Of a stretch of 64,000 nucleotides of DNA, positions 60,545 to 64,000 are shown in pieces. The stretch lies in the NCBI GenBank assembly GCA_963665235.2, contig CAXXLX010000001.1, positions 672,001 through 736,000 on the forward strand, given 5' to 3'. The stretch is from Candidatus Poribacteria bacterium (lineage in GTDB: Bacteria; Poribacteria; WGA-4E; WGA-3G). Below the pieces are notes generated by a model. The model made no database searches. It saw only the letters and a program-made list of their open reading frames with translations, and was not told the DNA's origin. Positions within the stretch are counted from its first letter, which is position 1, and each line of letters opens with the position of its first letter. A program made the translations under genes and the position numbers.

Positions 60545-61795
60545 TTACCGCCTCTTGGACGGTTTACTTGATATGAGTCCCGAAAACGGTGACCACGAAT
60601 CAAGTCTACATAGGTTCGGATTATACCTGATACCTACGGGGGATACCACCACCCCGACTACAGGGTTAAAAAGGTAACCCTGATACGCTGTGAGAATATT
60701 ACTCGCACCCACTACATCTCTATGACCGTGCCACCCGCATTTGGGGCATTTATATTTTCGTTTGACTGGTTTTTTGCGATTACCGCAACTTGGGCAGGTT
60801 TGAGAGGTATAGGCTTCGTTTTGGGTATCAACTTTGATACCAAGTGCTTTTGCTTTGTAGGTAATCATCTCTCTAAACTGAGAGAATGCCCACTGGTGTA
60901 ACTTCTCATTGGTTTTTCTACCGTAGTTTATGGATTGTCGGATATGCTTAATATCACCAATAACAATCGTTTCTATCTTTCGCTCTCGGCAAGTAGAAAC
61001 AAAACGTGATGTGATTTTGTGTCGCATGTCACGTAACTGCGACGCTATTTTTGCCAGGAGTTTATCTTTAGCGCGCTTAAGTTTTTTCCAACGCCGACTG
61101 CCTCGCTTGCATCTTGAGAGTTTACGGTTGAGACCCCCTTTGGACTTCTCGCGATACCGCACTTTACTGCGGTGTTCTCGTCCGTTGTAGATTTCGGCAG
61201 TGATACCGTCGAAAGCAGTGATTGGGTGTATTTCACCCATATCGACTGCAACGGCTGTCCCGTGTTTTATCTTTGGCTGTTTCGGTTGTGTTTGGTACGT
61301 TGCATGGAACTCATACGCTTTTGTTATTTTGTTGTAGACAAGGGATACTTCGGTTGGCACAATCTTATGGAATTTCTTGTCAAGCTTGATATAGAGGGCT
61401 TCCCGTCCTTGACCCATAGACAATCGGAGTCTGCCATGTTTATAGGTGATACCCGTTGCACGCCAGGTGAAAGTGTGGAATTTATATGTCCGTTTCGGCG
61501 GCTTTGCCTTGGGATTAGATTGTTTATTCGAAAAGAAAGAACGCCTCGCACCGCAATAGTCGTCTATAACTGCCTGAACAGAATGGGCATGGCAGGGATA
61601 CCGCTTAAACTTAAGATATTTCTTGAGGCCAGCGTCCGACAACCAAAAACCCTTTTTGTTGTATGTTCTAAACGCAAGTGATACCGTTTTGGAATAGATT
61701 CGCCCACCGAGACGATTTATCGCGTCTAATTCCGCTGTCGGTTTTGCTGTTGCTATAATGTAGGTTCGAAACGTTTTGGTATCCTTTTTAGACAT
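60545..61795 (-). CDS. tnpB: TnpB RNA-guided nuclease
   Basis: AVDMGE, VIGD, NEAYTSQTCPSC..CPKC, HRDVVGA; ATG 61795 overlaps the tnpA end. Confidence 0.93.
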   Translation of the reverse strand: MSKKDTKTFRTYIIATAKPTAELDAINRLGGRIYSKTVSLAFRTYNKKGFWLSDAGLKKYLKFKRYPCHAHSVQAVIDDYCGARRSFFSNKQSNPKAKPPKRTYKFHTFTWRATGITYKHGRLRLSMGQGREALYIKLDKKFHKIVPTEVSLVYNKITKAYEFHATYQTQPKQPKIKHGTAVAVDMGEIHPITAFDGITAEIYNGREHRSKVRYREKSKGGLNRKLSRCKRGSRRWKKLKRAKDKLLAKIASQLRDMRHKITSRFVSTCRERKIETIVIGDIKHIRQSINYGRKTNEKLHQWAFSQFREMITYKAKALGIKVDTQNEAYTSQTCPSCGNRKKPVKRKYKCPKCGWHGHRDVVGASNILTAYQGYLFNPVVGVVVSPVGIRYNPNLCRLDSWSPFSGLISSKPSKRR

Positions 61796-62201
61796 GCTTT
61801 TGGTCCTCAATATACTTTTTGACAACTTCTAAGGAGGTGCTACCTACAGATGATATAAATTTAGAACGCGTCCACAAACAAGGCAAGCGAGATTTTAGGA
61901 ATGCCAACTCCTCACGTAACACCCTAGAGGTAAACCCTTTTATCAGCCCAACCGTCCGTGTAACTGGCACTTTTGGGGTGTTTTCTATTATCATAAGCAC
62001 GGGGTCTTCCATAACCTCGCTGGCACACACCTTAAAATCTAACTCGGTTTGTTTAGAACAGATTAGATGGTGCAAGCGTTTTTGTATCGGTTCGGTTAAA
62101 ACTTGGTGCCGATACTTCGGACACCAGACGACATGATACTGACAACTGTAAACAAGGTTTGTCTCGGAGGACCAATGCTTTTCTCCATTCTTAATAAACA
62201 T
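61788..62201 (-). CDS. tnpA: IS200-type Y1 transposase TnpA (HUH motif degenerate)
   Basis: YHVVWCPKYR, KGFTSR, LWTRS, KYIEDQ; DPVL where DHVH is expected. Confidence 0.88.
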   Translation of the reverse strand: MFIKNGEKHWSSETNLVYSCQYHVVWCPKYRHQVLTEPIQKRLHHLICSKQTELDFKVCASEVMEDPVLMIIENTPKVPVTRTVGLIKGFTSRVLREELAFLKSRLPCLWTRSKFISSVGSTSLEVVKKYIEDQKHV

Positions 62202-62243
62202 TAGACGTTATAATGATTTAATCAGAATACGCCTGTGAACCTT

Positions 62244-62309
62244 GTAGGGGTGAGGTCCCCTCGCCCTATAAACATGATTTCAAATCGGGCGGGGAAACCC
62301 CGCCCCTAC
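62244..62309. repeat. inverted pair of GTAG-family REP palindromes
   Basis: GTAGGGGTGAGGTCCCCTCGCCC ... GGGCGGGGAAACCCCGCCCCTAC. Confidence 0.75.
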
Positions 62310-62504
62310 GCCCCGCACCTGCTAACGAAACAGAGGACTACAATTAAACCGGCATAATGTCTATTATACTATATCCCTTATCTGTTAGTTTCTATAATAG
62401 AGTATAACACATTTCCCATAAAAAGTCAAACGATTTGATTACAGATGCACGAGAGACGCGGGTTGGCCCCAAGTCTAAAGACTTGGGATTGTTAAGGGAG
62501 TCCC

Positions 62505-64000
62505 TTCAATTTTGCCGAAAGAAAATTCGCCACCGAGGCCGTTTTCTCCAGTGCGGGGTGTCCGGAGACGCATCGCAAAACGGTTGCCATCCTGTCCCAA
62601 AGTGAAGTTTCGATGGGTGATATCGCTGGAAAACGAGATAATCCGTGCCGGGCCGCTCTGATTCAAATTATCTGTTGTAACGACGCATTCAAGCGTTAGC
62701 TGATTGTGCCGTTGGCACGCTGCGAGGAGCGTCTCGTTTACACTCTTAGCGAGAAATGCCCCATCGGTTAGGTTCAGCTGCCCATCCTCAATTGATGCGT
62801 TGTCACGGGGTTCAATTTCATTCTGTCCTTTGCGCGTTATGCCAGGAAAACACAAGTCCATCGCGTGAGCAGGGGAATTCTGTGTGTGTTCCAATATCAG
62901 CTGGTGTTGCTGGTAACACATCAATAGTAAGAGCAGTTGTTGATGTTGTGCCTTCCGCGTCGGTGACGTGGAGCGTGGCGGTGTATTGTCCAAGGCTTTC
63001 GTAGACGTGCGTGGGATTGGATTTATCGGATGTTGTGCCATCTCCGAAATCCCAGTGTTGTGTCAAATCCCCCGTAGCGGAGAAGTTCACCGTGAGCGGG
63101 GCACTGCCTTGAACGACATCAGTCGACACTTTCGCCTCAGGACGCAGTTTTTCGCCCGGTGCATAAGGTGTAAAGCGGTATGCAAAATCGCTGGACGGCG
63201 AAGTAAACGTATATTCCCCTGGTTGCGCTGTCCCAATAGGCAATATTTTCATATTCCATGTATCCACGGCATCAATTTTATAGGGTCGGTCCCCGTGGAG
63301 GTCCACTGTGATTGTTTGCGGTTCAGTCGTGTAAACTAGATAATATTCACCCTGCTTGGCAAGGATGTATCGTCCTGCATCATCACCAATCGGTTCAAGC
63401 GTATCAAACGGTGGGGCATCCGCCATGAAATCTTTGAGGAATGCGATGCGTGGCGGACTTTCACCGCGAAGCATTCCGCCCTTTGCCCACCATAGTAGGT
63501 CTTCAGGGTGTTTGTACGTTTCGCCGTGGCCGACGTAGCATCCCGACACGGTGCCTGCCCAAAAGTGTTGGACCATCTGTTGTGCCGTGATATTTCCCCA
63601 ACCGTGTGGAATATCCCCCTCATAGCGGCATTCATCGTAGATAACCGGTTTTCCGTATTGGCCGCGATAGCGGATACCGTGCGCCATGTTTGATGTTTGG
63701 ATACTCGTGTGTGTCACCCACGGTTTGCTGTGGTCATACCAACGCCTACAGTTGTGAATTCCGCGTAATCGCTGGTATGGGTCATGGTCCCGGATGATTT
63801 GGAAAAAGCGGTCCCAGTCGGGTTCCGATTTTGCGGGCATGATGTCATACTCATTAGCAAGCGACCACCAGACGTTTCGGAAGGCAGCTAATCGTGCGAC
63901 GGCATATCGGATGTAGCGGTCATCACTTTCGGCATCCATGTTTTCAAAATTCCATCGGTCATAGGTGTGAAAAAGGATAATGTCGGCTTCAATACCGAGG
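62505..64000 (-). pseudogene. DUF4038/DUF5605-type glycoside-hydrolase-like protein with PKD and LamG domains; starts beyond the window, frameshifted at ~62830 and IS-interrupted
   Basis: NVWWSLANEYD, YDECRYEG, GHGET; PKD WDFGDG; LamG PARIISFS..RNFTLGQ in the next frame. Confidence 0.8.

Larger units (their letters stand above)
60511..62504 (-). mobile_element. IS200/IS605-family element (tnpA + tnpB)
   Basis: 5' flank TTGAA; LE hairpin CCCAAGTCTTTAGACTTGGG; RE hairpin CACGCCTTTAGGCGT ending TCAC; no TSD; precise removal restores GKIE-AGKPM. Confidence 0.92.

Overview
Bacterial chromosomal window of about 47-50% GC (by eye) spanning the replication origin: rpmH <> dnaA - oriC - (no dnaN) - recF - dciA - gyrB - gyrA. 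The protein repertoire and repeat style suggest Candidatus Poribacteria or a similar sponge-associated lineage (inference, not tested). It also holds a B12/light-regulated (CarH) operon for an acyl-glycosylated keto-carotenoid, a BlaI/BlaR1-headed DUF1501/DUF1549-1553/cytochrome c cluster, a hydroxyproline-type dehydratase/reductase pair, and an orphan DNA methyltransferase beside a decayed restriction gene. The mobile/ncRNA layer is the most striking part. (1) An IsrB OMEGA element (984-2247) sits exactly between an RBS and its ATG. (2) A 469-bp protein-less sister element (8877-9345) behind gyrA carries only an omegaRNA scaffold, with covarying stems and the same ATGA flank. (3) A TnpA-TnpB IS200/IS605 element has a dead HUH motif and a rearranged RuvC. 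(4) A MITE family (TIR TACCATTT, TSD TAA) has an internal REP-like unit amplified into locus-specific tandem arrays (15x30, 18x32, 4x33 bp). (5) 24-27-bp GTAG palindromes lie in frame inside proteins. All calls are from reading the sequence; no searches were run.
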